62,888 nt of DNA, filler included, from 9 parts of 9 records of this genome joined end to end with filler, not necessarily neighbours in it; one strand, 5' to 3'; numbered from the whole stretch's first letter, positions 33,515 through 45,227 are shown. Numbers and translations: made by a program. Notes: generated by a model from the letters alone, not told the origin.

Positions 33515-34667
33515 ATGCTGCCGCGGTTTGTTATCGACTTGGCCGAGCCACCGGACCGGCGCTGGGCCGGGCTGGTACAGCAGTACAAGCAGCACCCCGG
33601 GCTGCTCCGTCTGGTCGAGCTGGCCCGATCTTTCGACTGCCTCACGCTCCGGCTCGCAGCCCCAGGACTGCTGCTGCTGCTCCCGGCCGCAGCCCGCCAG
33701 GAGGCCCGCGCCTGGGCGGCCGAGCTGGACCTGCCGGTGCGCTGCTTCCTTGCGCTGCAGTTCCTGTACGAATGGTTCTGCCTGACCGAGAACGAAGGCA
33801 TCGGCTGCACCTGCGCGCTGGTAGCCGGGCGGGGCACGGTGGTGCACGGTCGGAGCCTGGACTGGTCGTTCGTGCCGCAGCTGTCGGAGCTGCTGGTCGA
33901 GCTGGAGGTGGTGCGCGGGCCCCGGCTGGTGTATCGCGCGGTGAGCGTTGCGGGCTATTTGGGTCTGCTCACCGGCAGCTGCCCGGGCAAATTCAGCCTT
34001 AGCATCAACTACCGCAAGCTGTTCCCCGGGGTTTGGAGCGACGGGAACCCGGAGTTGCAGTGGCAGCTCCGGCCGGTGCTCTGGGCCGGGCTGGCGGCAA
34101 TCAGAGGCCACTGGCCGGCCACGTTTCTGATGCGAGATGTGGCAGAGAGGTGGCCTTGCCTGCTGCCCGGCTGATCTCGCGCGGCCACAGCTGCCAGGAC
34201 TACGCCGAGGCGGTGCATGCTCTCGAGGCGGCCCGGCTAGTAGCCCCGGCTTACATCGCGCTGAGCGGGGTCGAGCGTCTGCAAGGCTGCATCTACACGT
34301 ATGGCGTCTGCTCCCGGCCTGTAGCCTGCCGGCTCACAGAGCACACCCCAGTGCTCACCCTGGTGCCACCCCGCCCGGGGGTAGCGCCAGCCCAGGCCAG
34401 GCCAATCTGGACCTAGACGAGACGCTCCGACGGCCCGAGCGACCTGAAGCGGCCGATCTGAGCCTTCTGGCCAAGGATGTGATGCAGGGCGAATCTCTGC
34501 TGCGAGCCGGGATGGCGGACCAGGCGCTGGCGGGGCTGGCCGAGGCGGAGCTGGAGACTGTCCAGCAGCGGCTGGCGCGAGTGCTGGCGGCAGTCCCGAT
34601 TGCAAACGAGGCCACGCTGCACGATACAGTGATGAGTGCAGCCACCGGGTTGTTTGAGAGCCGGTGA
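33515..34667 (+). CDS. Acid ceramidase/NAAA-like Ntn hydrolase
   Basis: IDL..PP..RW, GCTC (cleavage-site Cys), VHGRSLDW, GYLGLLTG and FSLSINYR; short introns in the 3' part. Confidence 0.88.
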
Positions 34668-34723
34668 ACCGTTGGCTCGGCCGTCTGAGTTGTGGCAGGT
34701 ACACCGGCTCGGCAGGCCGGCAG

Positions 34724-35227
34724 ATGGCTGAGCTGCCGGACCCGAGTCTTATGGTGCGGCCGCGGAGGCGCAGGCTGTGAGCTGGTCGGGGCCAGCATGA
34801 GTGCGCAGCGGCGGGCTGCCAGAATGCCTCTGCCTGCTGGCTGGAGCTGCAACGGAGGCTGGCCCCAGGGATGATTGTGCAGAGCTTTTATCAATGCGAG
34901 GATGCGAGCATGAGTGATGATCTTCTGGAGGCAGAGATACTCGAGGGCCCGAGCGGCCGGTGGCGAGAGGGGATCGGCTACGGGGGGCAGGCGACGACGC
35001 GGTTGCTGGTGCCATTGGACGAGCAAGGCGAGTGGGTCGTAGAGCAGTGTGTCCCGCTGGACTGGCTGGCTGGTTGTCAGACGCCGCCCATAGACTCAGC
35101 GGAGTTCAGAGAAGACAACTTGCTGAGGCGGCGAGGCGGCGGATACTATTGTGCAGCGCACTTGCCTGTGGGCCTTAGATCCATTCGAAGGACGGATCAG
35201 CCCGATACCCATAGTCCAAACTTATAG
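34724..35227 (+). CDS. Small hypothetical protein with possible split Zn-binding motif
   Basis: One short intron joins MAELPDPSLM to HECAAAGC...YYCAAH. Confidence 0.45.
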
Positions 35228-35320
35228 CGAATAAAGGAAAGCGACGAAAGTGTGGTTTGATCGGTGATGCATACACGTAAAATAATTGCGTCGCGGACCG
35301 CACGGCTAGGTGAACACACA

Positions 35321-35410
35321 CAACATGATGTCGTGGTCCAAACAGTAGTACTAGTATTGTAAAAACATCAACATGATGTCGTGGTCCAAACTGTAGTACT
35401 ATAGTATTGT
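35321..35410. repeat. Intergenic direct duplication of about 40 bp
   Basis: CAACATGATGTCGTGGTCCAAAC(A/T)GTAGTACT...AGTATTGT at 35321 and 35369. Confidence 0.9.
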
Positions 35411-35586
35411 TCTACCCGTCAAACTTGAGAGAACCAATCTGAAGTTGACGACGATGTTAGGCGCGACGGAAACAGAACCACGTAAACGGAGAAACGTTGC
35501 GGCCATGGTTGCGGCCTTTTCGCATGATGTGAAGTGGTAGATTTGTTTCAATCGACTGAAATGTTTAGCTACGCTACTAGGGAGTA

Positions 35587-37557
35587 TCATCCAACCATCG
35601 TCGTCAACTTCAGATTGGCCGCCTTGATCTTCGCGGTGTCGTCAGCATCGTAGTGTGAGATCCGATCGTACGTGTAGATGCCATCGCACTCCAGCTCGAC
35701 ATCGGTGATCTGTGTGTAGACCGCCGCAGAGATATTGCCGGCGGCCTTGCCCGAGGAGATGAGCGCCAGCTCGCGCAGCAGCACCGCGGCGCCCGCGGCA
35801 GAGGTGTTGTAGTTGCCGGCCGAGCGGTGCTGGCACCTCCCTGGAAGCCACTCGTGGCCAGGCGCCGACCAGCCAATCCCGCCATACTCACCGACCATCC
35901 CGTAGCGCGTGGAGCTCGCCGCGCCCCTGCCCGTGGCTGGATTCGGATAACTGTGGATATCATTCACATCGCCGATTCCGAGGCGGTTGCCCGGTCCGCC
36001 CGAGTTGAAATCAACCAGCCGCGTTGGGTCGAGCTTGCGAGTCAGGTCCAGGACGGCGCACGATCCGGGTGGCGCAGAGGCGTTGCCGCAGTTCCAGTGC
36101 GAAGGCTCGTACTCACCCTCGTTGAAGATGTCCCACTGGATGATGGACGGGTGGTTCTGGCGGCCCCGAATCGCCGCACTCCACTCTTTCTCGAACTGCG
36201 CAGTGTCAATCGGGATGTTCTTCGTCTCGCCCGACTCGTCAACGTGATAGTTGAAATGCTGAACCATGTCCTGCATCACAACCACGCCCAGGTGATCCGC
36301 GTGGTAATACCATCGCTCGGGGTTGACCTTTTGATGGAGCCGGACCATGTTCATCCCAAAGCTCTTGACTGCCTGCACGTCGAACGCCAGGGCTTCGTCG
36401 GACGGTGCGGTGTACTGGCCGTCGGGCCACCAGCTCTGGTCCAGCCAACCCGACGCGAAGAAGGGCCTGCCGTTGAGAAACAGCCCCTTCGAGCCACCTG
36501 ATATGTCGCCCAGTGCGACCGTGCGCATGCCGACGTAGCTCCGCACTGTATCGGTGCCCCCCTTGCCATCAGCGAGGATGATGGTGATGTTGTAGAGGAA
36601 GGGCGACGTCGGGCTCCACAGCTTTGGGTCCGGGATGACCATCGAAAGCTCCACGGGGCCCGTCGCCGTCGCCGTCGCCTGTGCGTGGGCGATGGCCTGG
36701 CCCGGCGCCGACTCCACAGAGGCGGTCACCTTCGCTTTGCCACCACCCACGGAGCTGCACGAGACCCGCATGATGACGGTTGTGAGGTCGGCGCTGAGAG
36801 ACACATCGCTGATGTAGGTAGTAGGCACGTGCTCCAGCCAGACTGTCTGCCAGATGCCACTGGTCGGCGTGTACTTCTCGCCGTCGGTGCCCGGTGCTGC
36901 GATGGAGGCCGCGCGCTGCTTGCCGAACGGCTGCGAGCCGTGCTCCGATGGGTCGTACACGAAGACAAGGAGCTCGTTCTCACCATCGAGCACCGTCCCG
37001 GGCGCAAGCTGGAAGCTGAAGCCATCGTAGCCACCACTGTGGTTACCAAGCAGCTGCTTGTTGAGGTAGACCTTGGCGTGCCAGTCCACCGCGCCGAAGT
37101 GGAGCAAGGACTGCGAGCCCGCAAAGGCCGTGGCGCCCTCGAATGTCTGCCGGTACCACTGATACTCGTGGTTCTCTCCGATGCCGGACAGGCAGGACTC
37201 GGCGGGAAAAGGGACCAGGATCGAGCGGGCGAGCTTTTGGCCAAACGGCGCCGGGGCCGATGCAGTACCGTTGAGGCCAGTGGTGGGCTCCCACTCCCAC
37301 ATGCCGTTCAGGTTGAGCCAGCCATCGCCGGAGGTCCGCGCCATCTGAGGCCGTGGGTACTCGGGCAGCGGCTGCGCCTTGGACGGGTCGACCGCCGCGC
37401 CCCAGCGCGTTATGATGTCAGCGCCGCCCGGGACGCCGCCAGGCGCGGCTCCGCACGGCTTCCTCTCCCACGTGGCCACGGCCGCTGCCACACCTTGCGA
37501 CGATGCGGCCACCGCACCACCGAGGAGGAGCAGGGCTGCAGCCGCCGCTGCGAGCAT
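35587..37557 (-). CDS. Secreted GH2 glycoside hydrolase, intronless
   Basis: Signal peptide; PEYPRPQ, LNLNGMW, LHFGAVDW, SGIWQTVWLE, LDQSWWPDGQYTAP, NHPSII.W..FNE and GEYGG. Confidence 0.93.
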   Translation of the reverse strand: MLAAAAAALLLLGGAVAASSQGVAAAVATWERKPCGAAPGGVPGGADIITRWGAAVDPSKAQPLPEYPRPQMARTSGDGWLNLNGMWEWEPTTGLNGTASAPAPFGQKLARSILVPFPAESCLSGIGENHEYQWYRQTFEGATAFAGSQSLLHFGAVDWHAKVYLNKQLLGNHSGGYDGFSFQLAPGTVLDGENELLVFVYDPSEHGSQPFGKQRAASIAAPGTDGEKYTPTSGIWQTVWLEHVPTTYISDVSLSADLTTVIMRVSCSSVGGGKAKVTASVESAPGQAIAHAQATATATGPVELSMVIPDPKLWSPTSPFLYNITIILADGKGGTDTVRSYVGMRTVALGDISGGSKGLFLNGRPFFASGWLDQSWWPDGQYTAPSDEALAFDVQAVKSFGMNMVRLHQKVNPERWYYHADHLGVVVMQDMVQHFNYHVDESGETKNIPIDTAQFEKEWSAAIRGRQNHPSIIQWDIFNEGEYEPSHWNCGNASAPPGSCAVLDLTRKLDPTRLVDFNSGGPGNRLGIGDVNDIHSYPNPATGRGAASSTRYGMVGEYGGIGWSAPGHEWLPGRCQHRSAGNYNTSAAGAAVLLRELALISSGKAAGNISAAVYTQITDVELECDGIYTYDRISHYDADDTAKIKAANLKLTTMVG

Positions 37558-37631
37558 CGTGAGCAGCCGAAGCGGAGCGCTGCACGGCGGTGAACAAGGC
37601 GATCTACTTTTTAACGGACTTTATTACCCTC

Positions 37632-38736
37632 ATGCTTGTTGAGCCTGCGCTGAAGTCCCGGGTGGCGCTGACCGGCGCGTTCGCGGTGCACCAGGTCACC
37701 AGGCCGACCGCCGGTGCCGGTCAGTCGGTGCCACGCCCGGCGACCGGGGCTGTGCACCCGGTGGACGACCAGGCGCTCGGCCGGATGCTAGCGGTAGGGG
37801 GACCCCAGGCGGTCGATGGAGCGGGCGGGGCAGGATCTCGGGGATGCCGCGATTGCAATCGAGGCCGCGGACTTCTCGGGCTGCGAGTGCATCAGCGCCG
37901 CCGGCGTCCGCCAGTTTGCAGAGGCCAGTCGGGGGCTGCGCGAGCTAAATCTGGCCGGCTGCATCGGGATGGATCGGAACAGCCTGGTTGCAAATGCACG
38001 GGCACCCAGGTGCGTGCTCCTTGTCTATATCTTAGAGGGCTCGGCTCACTGGGGCATCACAGTGGCCGACTTATTCGAAAAGGAGCATTTGACTCAGAAG
38101 ACTCGATTGCTCGAACAGCAAGCGGACGAGCTGCGGAGCGAGATGGCGCACACGTTGCGGGCAAAGACCAAGCTGCAAGTGGTTGACCTGAGCTGGTGCA
38201 CGGCGCTCACGGATCGGGCGGCCGCCATGCTTGGGCTGCTGCCGCTCTTGCACCACGTCAACCTATCACACTGTGCGCAGATGAGCGACGAGGCTGTCCG
38301 GTCTCTTGCCAAGCTCACCAAATTGAGCTGGCTGAGTATGAGCCACTGCATACAGGCAGGCGCCCGTAATGCTCTATTCCTGACCCAGTGGCAGCTGACT
38401 TACCACTCGTGCCGGGCGCTCAAGCAGTGTGAACAGCTGGCCGTGCTCGACTTGAGCCACTGCCCCAAGCTCACAGATGTCACAGGCTTTCGGGACCGTG
38501 GGCCAATCGCTTCGCTCAACGACAAAGGCAACCTGCAAAGCGTCAATCTGGATGGCTGCCCGCTGCTGACTGACAGCCAGATAGAGCGCCTGTCGGGTGC
38601 GGGGACCCACCATGAGCTGCGCATCACCAGTCCGGAATGCACCGGGCGGCTAACCTCTGAGCAGCAGAGCTCGCACCGTTTGCGGTACTCGAACAAGCAC
38701 CACGAGTGGCGCCGGGCGGCCGGGGTGGAGCTATGA
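37632..38736 (+). CDS. FBXL/AMN1-type cysteine-containing leucine-rich repeat protein
   Basis: Repeats of L..L.LS.C..LTD: LQVVDLSWCTALTD, LAVLDLSHCPKLTD, LQSVNLDGCPLLTD. Confidence 0.85.
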
Positions 38737-38793
38737 CCCGGTCGATGAAGCTCTATAAAACATTAAGTGATTTGATTTAACAACACGGCACTG

Positions 38794-39174
38794 TTAGCAC
38801 ATGACGCACGCGGCGCAGCATTCCTCTTCGGCCTGCCGCACTGGGATCGCCCCCGCCGACCCGCGGCCGGCCTCCGAAAGCCTGCCCTTGTCACTGTTCC
38901 ATTGCCAATCCCCTCCGACCGCCTCGACGCACTGGTCGCACGCCACCTCCGGGTCCTGGCCACAGGCCGCTGGTCACCGCGCCGGGGCCAGTGGGTGCAC
39001 CTCGGCCCCGTGGGCGGCCAGCCAGCGGACCAGCCCGGCCCGTCGCTTGAACCCGAGCTTGCCTCGCCCAGCGCAACAGACCTGCAGCTGCGAGTCGCTC
39101 ATGCTCTGCAAGGCCGGCAGCCCGCGCGCCACCCCGGGCTCTGGGCAGCGGAAGCCGGTGCTCCGGTGCGCCAT
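38794..39174 (-). CDS. Possible small Cys-rich protein
   Basis: Intron-like segments join exons ending EECCAACVMC. Exon structure is uncertain. Confidence 0.3.
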
Positions 39175-39603
39175 TCTGGGGTAACGACAAATCACACTTC
39201 GATCAGACTGGGACGCTTGCGATTACGCACGACGGATTAACACGATTAACACCGGCTCCGCGTTAGTCTAGCTAATATTATAGCGTTGCCTAGGTCATCT
39301 GCCATGCTCTGCACGTGGTGCCACGCACACTCTATTAATAAATCAGATGATTCAAGTATCGTATAAATCTGACAGTCAAACTGAGCACTTGCCCACCTTT
39401 GAGTCAACACTACGACGCTTTCAGGTACACAGTGCCACGCTTTGCGGCTATAACGGACGCACATAATGTACACTGACTGGCGCTGGCCAAGCTCTAGCCT
39501 AGCTCTAGCCAGCAAGGAGAAGCTTTGCCCGTCAGCCCGACCCTCGCACGCCCTTGGACAAGCGCATGTGCTGCACCAGCCAGTTGCCCCATGAGGCCGG
39601 CTT

Positions 39604-39703
39604 NNNNNNNNNNNNNNNNNNNNNNNNNNNNNNNNNNNNNNNNNNNNTTAATTAATTAANNNNNNNNNNNNNNNNNNNNNNNNNNNNNNNNNNNNNNNNN
39701 NNN
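39604..39703. other. Artificial contig linker
   Basis: Same linker pattern. Confidence 0.99.
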
Positions 39704-39830
39704 CATTTTCCAGTGAGCCAGAAATCGTCCGTTCAGCCCAAGCACCGACAGAACAGGTATGGAAGCCGGCCTGGGGCGGTTGCTGACGGGGCGTGTGCTC
39801 TTGACAGGGGGTCCAGTCGCGTCAAGGAGG

Positions 39831-40328
39831 ATGATGAGCGACGGTGTGAGCCTGTTGGGTAGGGGCCGACCGGCTGGCCAGGCATCCTGGCCGAGTATCC
39901 AGACAGTGACATAACGTTGGAGCACCGGCGATACAGCCACGTGCCGCTCCGGTTGGTCGGGCTGAGCCGATCGGGCAGCTGAGCATGGAGTCGATCGGGC
40001 GGCTGACTGCGTTCATGGAGGGCCGGCTGCCCACCGACCTGGGCACGGTGCCCGGGATCGGCGAGCAGGGGATCAAGGTGGGGCTCGGCCGAGAGCGGGT
40101 GGCAGGGGGGGCAGATCCTGAACAAGCTGGGGATCGACACGCTGGACCAGCTGATGGGACAGTTCCTGGTGCTCGACCGGGACACCTCCAGGATGCTTAA
40201 ATGGTGCCCGGTCGGCCGCTGTTGGCCCCAACTCGGGCAGGTGCGAGGAGAACAGAATAGGCGGGGCCCGGTTTGCCGAGACGGTGGTGCACGCGCTGGC
40301 CATGAAGGCGCACTCGCTGCTCGACTGA
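39831..40328 (+). CDS. BANF1: Barrier-to-autointegration factor (BAF)-like protein; may extend further 5'
   Basis: Removing 37-nt introns 40078-40114 and 40204-40240 gives AFMEGRLPTDLGTVPGIGEQGIKILNKLGIDTLDQLMGQFLVLDRDTSRMLKW, matching BAF AGIGE...GFD....LGQFLVL..D....EW. Confidence 0.8.
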
Positions 40329-40522
40329 GCCCGCGGCGCACAGCTAGCAGTCGCAACTAGATAGTAAGTAAGCCCCGGCAACCAGCCGGAAATACAAAGT
40401 GCTACAGGGGTGACACAGGGGTTGGCCTAAGACCCATTGAACTTGCAAACTTGTGTACTCGTATGCATCTTTTATAAAATGAATCATATACACAGTATAT
40501 AGTGGGAGCCTGTGTGGTTTAT

Positions 40523-42535
40523 CTAGAGCCGGCCAACGCTGCGGAAGGCGCATTGGAAGGCCAGCATTGAGTGGCCTTTGGGCCATGCTGTCCGCCAGTG
40601 CAGCCAGGACGCGTTGAAGACAGCCAGGTCGCCGGCGCGCTCCAGGCTGGTGGCCAGCGGGTCGGGCCAGCTGTGGCTGTGTGAGTTGATCCAGAGCGGC
40701 CAGCTCCTGTCGGCTTGCTCGATTGGGCCAAGAGAGATGGTGGCCCCATAGGTGTACAGGCTGCCGTCGTAGTGCGCGCCCAGGGTGCACCCGGCCGAGT
40801 AGCTGAGCATGATCGAGCTGTGCGCCACCAGCTGCTCCCGGACGGCCGTCTGGACCAGGCCCGCCAGCGAGCCGCACACAGCGCTCACAACAGGAGCTGT
40901 CTTGAGCCAGCCACACCGGCCCCGGCTGAGCAGCCTGACAGCCTCAACCCGGAGCAGCAGCAGCGTGCTCGCCGGGAGCGCCAGCAGCTCGGTGGGCAGC
41001 CTGGCCGCCCCGTCGCGCACCAGCGCCTGCCGGATTCTGGGGATGTGCCGCTCTTGCCACTCTAGCTCGGCCCGCTCCCACCCGCCCTCAGGCAGACCCG
41101 CCCCAGCCAGCTCCAGCGCCCGGCCCAACCCCGCCACCCGCCACGGCCCGTCCGCCCCGACCAGCCCGAGCCCGCCCGAGCCCGGCTGCCGCCAGCTGAT
41201 CACAGGCCGGTCCGTCCACGGCCTGCCGCTCCCTGCAGCCAGTGGGCTCAGGCTCGGGTTGAGGCCCGCCCCGGCCGGGCCCCGGTGCCACTCGCGCTCC
41301 CAGAGGGTCTCGAGCAAGCCGGCGAGCGGCCCCCGGGCCGAGATGTTGGCCGCTAGCTGCTCGTGATCCGCCCACGCACCAAACTGGGCCAGACTGATCG
41401 GGTGGGCCGGCTGCCTGAGCTCAGAGTCGGAGGCCACGTTCGGGTTGGAGGTGTGCCGGCTGTTTAGCCGCGTGACCTGGAGCCCGGTCCGCCAGGTCTG
41501 CCAGAGCTGCCAGTAGGTGCTCGGGCTCCAGGGGAGCAGCACCAGCTGCAAAGGTCCATTGTTAATATGAACAAACTCGCCCCAGCCGCCGCCCAAGAAT
41601 CTGTTGTGCACCAGCAACTGCCGCCGGGTCTGCGGCCGCAGCTCGGCCAGCGCCGGGCCTAGCCGGTCGGCCCAGCCGTCGGCTGAGTTGCTTGGAGCGA
41701 GCAGCTGGCTCGCACCCAACTCACTCAGCCTGTCTGCTAAGTCAATCTCTAGGGGGATCGTGCTGCCGGCCGGCCCGAGCGTGAGCACTGCGGCTGCCAG
41801 CTGGTGCAGCGGCGGCCCGCAGGCCCACGAGAAGAAGTGGGCGCCCTCGGGTGTCCGGAGCAGCCTGTATAGCTTTTGCTCCACACGGCCCATAGCGCCA
41901 TCCAGCAGCAGCACCAGCGGTATGGGCCGCCATCCCCGCTCCATCCGGCCGTCCGACCAGCTGGCCTGGTGGGTGCACATCAGTTGGGCCAGCAGGTCGG
42001 CCTGCCCCATGAAGGCGGCCGGGCTGCATTCGAGCTCCCCGAACCGCTCGCCCGAGCCCCAGCCTACCCGCTGGGCCAGCCGCCTGGCCGGGCTGATCAG
42101 ACCGGTGTGGAATACCTTCTGGACCAGCTCGGCCCAGAGCTCGACCGGCAGCCGATTGGCCTGGTGCAGCGCCTTGTTGGTGAACAGCCCCGTCGCGTCC
42201 ACCACCCGCAGCCCCCGCTCGCCAGCCACCCGCCTCAGCTCGGCTTGGACCGGGGCCAGCCGCGGACTGTTGGAGGCCACCAGCCAGAGCGTGTCCGGTC
42301 CAGGCCCGAGCAGCCGTAGCCCCCAGTCGAAGCGGGAGACCAGCTGGAGCGCCGGCTTGTGCTCGGCCGGCAGGTGGGCGTAGTACGGCACAAGCTTGCC
42401 CGGGATCGGCAGCCCCCCCAGCAGCAGCAGCCCCACCAGCCCGATTCCCAGCCCCCAGCACCCCGCCCGCACCAACCCCCGCCAGCGCCCGGACAGTGCC
42501 ACCACCAGCACGACCGCCCCCACCACTGTCCACAT
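40523..42535 (-). CDS. Membrane-anchored 670-aa protein with C-terminal 2OG-Fe(II) oxygenase-like domain
   Basis: N-terminal hydrophobic segments; LGAHYD (HxD), WPLWI, and GDLAVFNASWLHWR (distal His). Confidence 0.6.
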   Translation of the reverse strand: MWTVVGAVVLVVALSGRWRGLVRAGCWGLGIGLVGLLLLGGLPIPGKLVPYYAHLPAEHKPALQLVSRFDWGLRLLGPGPDTLWLVASNSPRLAPVQAELRRVAGERGLRVVDATGLFTNKALHQANRLPVELWAELVQKVFHTGLISPARRLAQRVGWGSGERFGELECSPAAFMGQADLLAQLMCTHQASWSDGRMERGWRPIPLVLLLDGAMGRVEQKLYRLLRTPEGAHFFSWACGPPLHQLAAAVLTLGPAGSTIPLEIDLADRLSELGASQLLAPSNSADGWADRLGPALAELRPQTRRQLLVHNRFLGGGWGEFVHINNGPLQLVLLPWSPSTYWQLWQTWRTGLQVTRLNSRHTSNPNVASDSELRQPAHPISLAQFGAWADHEQLAANISARGPLAGLLETLWEREWHRGPAGAGLNPSLSPLAAGSGRPWTDRPVISWRQPGSGGLGLVGADGPWRVAGLGRALELAGAGLPEGGWERAELEWQERHIPRIRQALVRDGAARLPTELLALPASTLLLLRVEAVRLLSRGRCGWLKTAPVVSAVCGSLAGLVQTAVREQLVAHSSIMLSYSAGCTLGAHYDGSLYTYGATISLGPIEQADRSWPLWINSHSHSWPDPLATSLERAGDLAVFNASWLHWRTAWPKGHSMLAFQCAFRSVGRL

Positions 42536-42585
42536 ATGAACGCGGGCTCGGCCGCGGGCCTGTAAGCTTAGCTACTGCAAGCTTA

Positions 42586-42645
42586 CAATCCGACTACAAT
42601 CCGATAACAATCCGACAATCCATAACAATCGATTGTGACAATCGT
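42586..42645. repeat. Degenerate ACAATC(CGA) tandem array
   Basis: About six ACAATC units upstream of the 2OG-oxygenase-like gene. Confidence 0.8.
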
Positions 42646-42794
42646 GCCGTCGGCAAACTATACACGTAGGCCCGGCCGAATCTTGGCTACAATCATATTT
42701 CAATCAATTATTGTGTCGGCTTAATTAATACTGTACATGCCATTGATGTCATATTGACGTCATTGGTACCGTTGAATGTGAATTCCGCTCGAGA

Positions 42795-44975
42795 TCAGAT
42801 ATAAAACATCTGCTCGTGTGCCATTTCGCCATGATGCCCATAGGTGGCATTGGAGGTCTTGATCACAGTCAGATCGAGCCCAGTAAGGTCCGGTGGAGGC
42901 TCCAGCCCGTAAGCCGCGTCGCCCCACAGGCATGGCGGCTGTGCAATAAAACCTGCCCCCCACATCGAGTTCATGCGCCTGTTGGGCTTTATGTACCAGG
43001 CTCGTCGTAGCGGCTGTCGTCAATGCGCCCAGTTCCGCCGTAGATTGGCCGCTCCTCGCAGATCAGCTCACCAGTGTGGTTGTTCACTAGATTCATCGAG
43101 AGGCAAGTCGGCGCGTGGCAATGAACTGCACTGCACGCTCAGCCGGACCAGATGGGGTGGCTCACAGTGGGCAGCCACCAGTTTCCCCTGGCCCTTCATC
43201 AGCCCGGTGATTGTGTGCACCCAGTGGCCGTCCGGGCCGCGCGAGCAGCCAGCCACCCCTTCGGCACACTTGGGCACATCGAACTCGGCCCCCGACCTGA
43301 ACCACACCAGTCATCGGGTCCAATTACGCAATCGGATTAAGTGCGTACCCGGACGGCCCAGCCCCGACGTCGTAGCCGGCCCCGCGGATGATGCTGTGGT
43401 GCGAGGCCGGGGTGTGGTTGGTGGCCGGGGTGTACTCCTCGAACCAGAACCTGAACTTGAACTGGTACTTGAGTGGCTGGTCCGGCCACGGGATCGGCTG
43501 GTCAGCGTCCAGCAGGCTCCACATGTGGTGGCAGCTGAGCTGGCCGCCAACGTAGGTCCTCACGTCGCAGGTCGGGTTTCGCTGGACAAGCAGGTCGCCG
43601 CGTGGCTGGGGCGCACAGCGATTGGTGAATGCCACAGAGCCGGAGCCGGTGTCAGCAGACTCTTTCTGCTGGATGTACTCGATCGTGCCCGACTTGTACT
43701 GCCCGAACGGGGCCGGCTTCTGGGCGCAGACGCAGATCGGCTGACCGACTGCTAGCAGGAGCACCGTACTGATCGTCTTAGTCTTGTGGTACCCGAATTG
43801 AGGGCTGGAGCCGACTGCATTGATGAACGGCAGCTGGAGCGCACTGGCCAGGCTGAAGCTGAAGAGCTTGCCCTGGAGCGGCCGGGAGAGCACCACTGTC
43901 CGCAGCCCGGCCGCCTCGGAGCTTCTGAGCACAGTCAGGCTCGGGGCGAGCTGCTCTCCTGCTGACTGATCAGCTAGCTGCCTCTCACTCACGTTCCCGT
44001 GTCCGTCCACGATGATTGCCCACGGCCGGTCTTTCATAGCCGAGGCGTTGAACCCTACACCGAACCAGACGTCCGCTGGGCCGGTGAGCGTGATGGTGGC
44101 CTTCTGGCTGTCAAGCTGCAGCTCAAGCTCAACTAGCGAGCTTGCTGCCCCGGCCACAGCTGATCCAGCCAGTGCAGCCTGCCCACAGCTGGCCGTCGAG
44201 CCAGCCTTGTTGAACAAGATTGCCGGCTTGCCGGTCTGATCAACAGAGACGGAGCAGCCAGCCGGCAGGCTGCTGTTGCTGGCCACAGCGGTTGGGTTGC
44301 TCCCGCCGGCCAGCTTGTCTCCTGCTGCGAAGCACTCCTCGGCACCTTGGATCTGGTGCTCGCACCGCCCACTCGAGGCCAGCGCATAGTCGCCCGCAAC
44401 GCTCTTCCGCACCCTGCGCCAGGCTGAGCCCGGCCTGTGCCGCCGGCTGCCTGGTGGTGACGGGGCACTCGAGCAAGCCCGAGTAGAGCGCCTCGGGCGG
44501 AGCCAGCGAGTTCCGCGGCTGCGGCCCGGGCACAAACCGGCCGCCGGTCAAGTTCATCTTGTCCCGGTTCCAGGCTGCCCCGCACTCGGCCGGGCGCAGG
44601 GGTGGGCGCACTGTCGATCTGCATTGGGGTTATCTGGAGCTGGGTGGGGGACAAGATCAGCTGGGCCTGCCCAGGCGCGTAGCCGTGGAACGACTTGCGC
44701 ACCTCCCCGCCGTTGGCCGCCCCGAAGCTCTGGTGGGTGGGCACGGGGCTCTGGGGGGCAAGGTCCTCCACCACCCAGGCCTCGCCTTTCCAGGGCTCGG
44801 GCACCCCGTGACCCATGGCGGCCCGGCGGGCCATCTGCCCCGGGTCCAGCCGGCGCTTGACTGCGCGCGAGTGCTTGCCCACCATGTTGCTCTCAAAGTG
44901 GTGGTTGTACGCCACATTGATAGGGAGCGAGACGTCCCCCTGGGCAGTGCGGCGGACTTGGTCGAGCTCGAACCC
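42795..44975 (-). CDS. Copper type II monooxygenase-like (SURNod19/PHM-like) protein with internal DOMON domain; 5' truncated
   Basis: YNHH, GGEVRKSFHGY, SGLLECP, DOMON-like WFGVGFNASAM...GYH, spliced HFHCHAP, PIYGGTG and HHGEM. Confidence 0.6.
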
Positions 44976-45075
44976 NNNNNNNNNNNNNNNNNNNNNNNNN
45001 NNNNNNNNNNNNNNNNNNNTTAATTAATTAANNNNNNNNNNNNNNNNNNNNNNNNNNNNNNNNNNNNNNNNNNNN
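44976..45075. other. Artificial contig linker
   Basis: Same linker pattern. Confidence 0.99.
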
Positions 45076-45227
45076 CGGGCGTCATTCCCAACACGCTATC
45101 CTGTCTGACCCGGTCGTTCTCCTTGCACTGATCGGACTGGTCAGCCGAGTGTTCAAACCGACCGGACTGGCAGTTGGCTACAGCGTACGATCAAGGCTGG
45201 CGTTCGTCGCACAACTCGCACGAGGCA

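Noticed and set aside
35321-35410. Two direct repeats with a short spacer as a possible mini-CRISPR
   Set aside because: Only two copies, an 8-nt spacer, eukaryotic context and no cas genes. It is a simple duplication.
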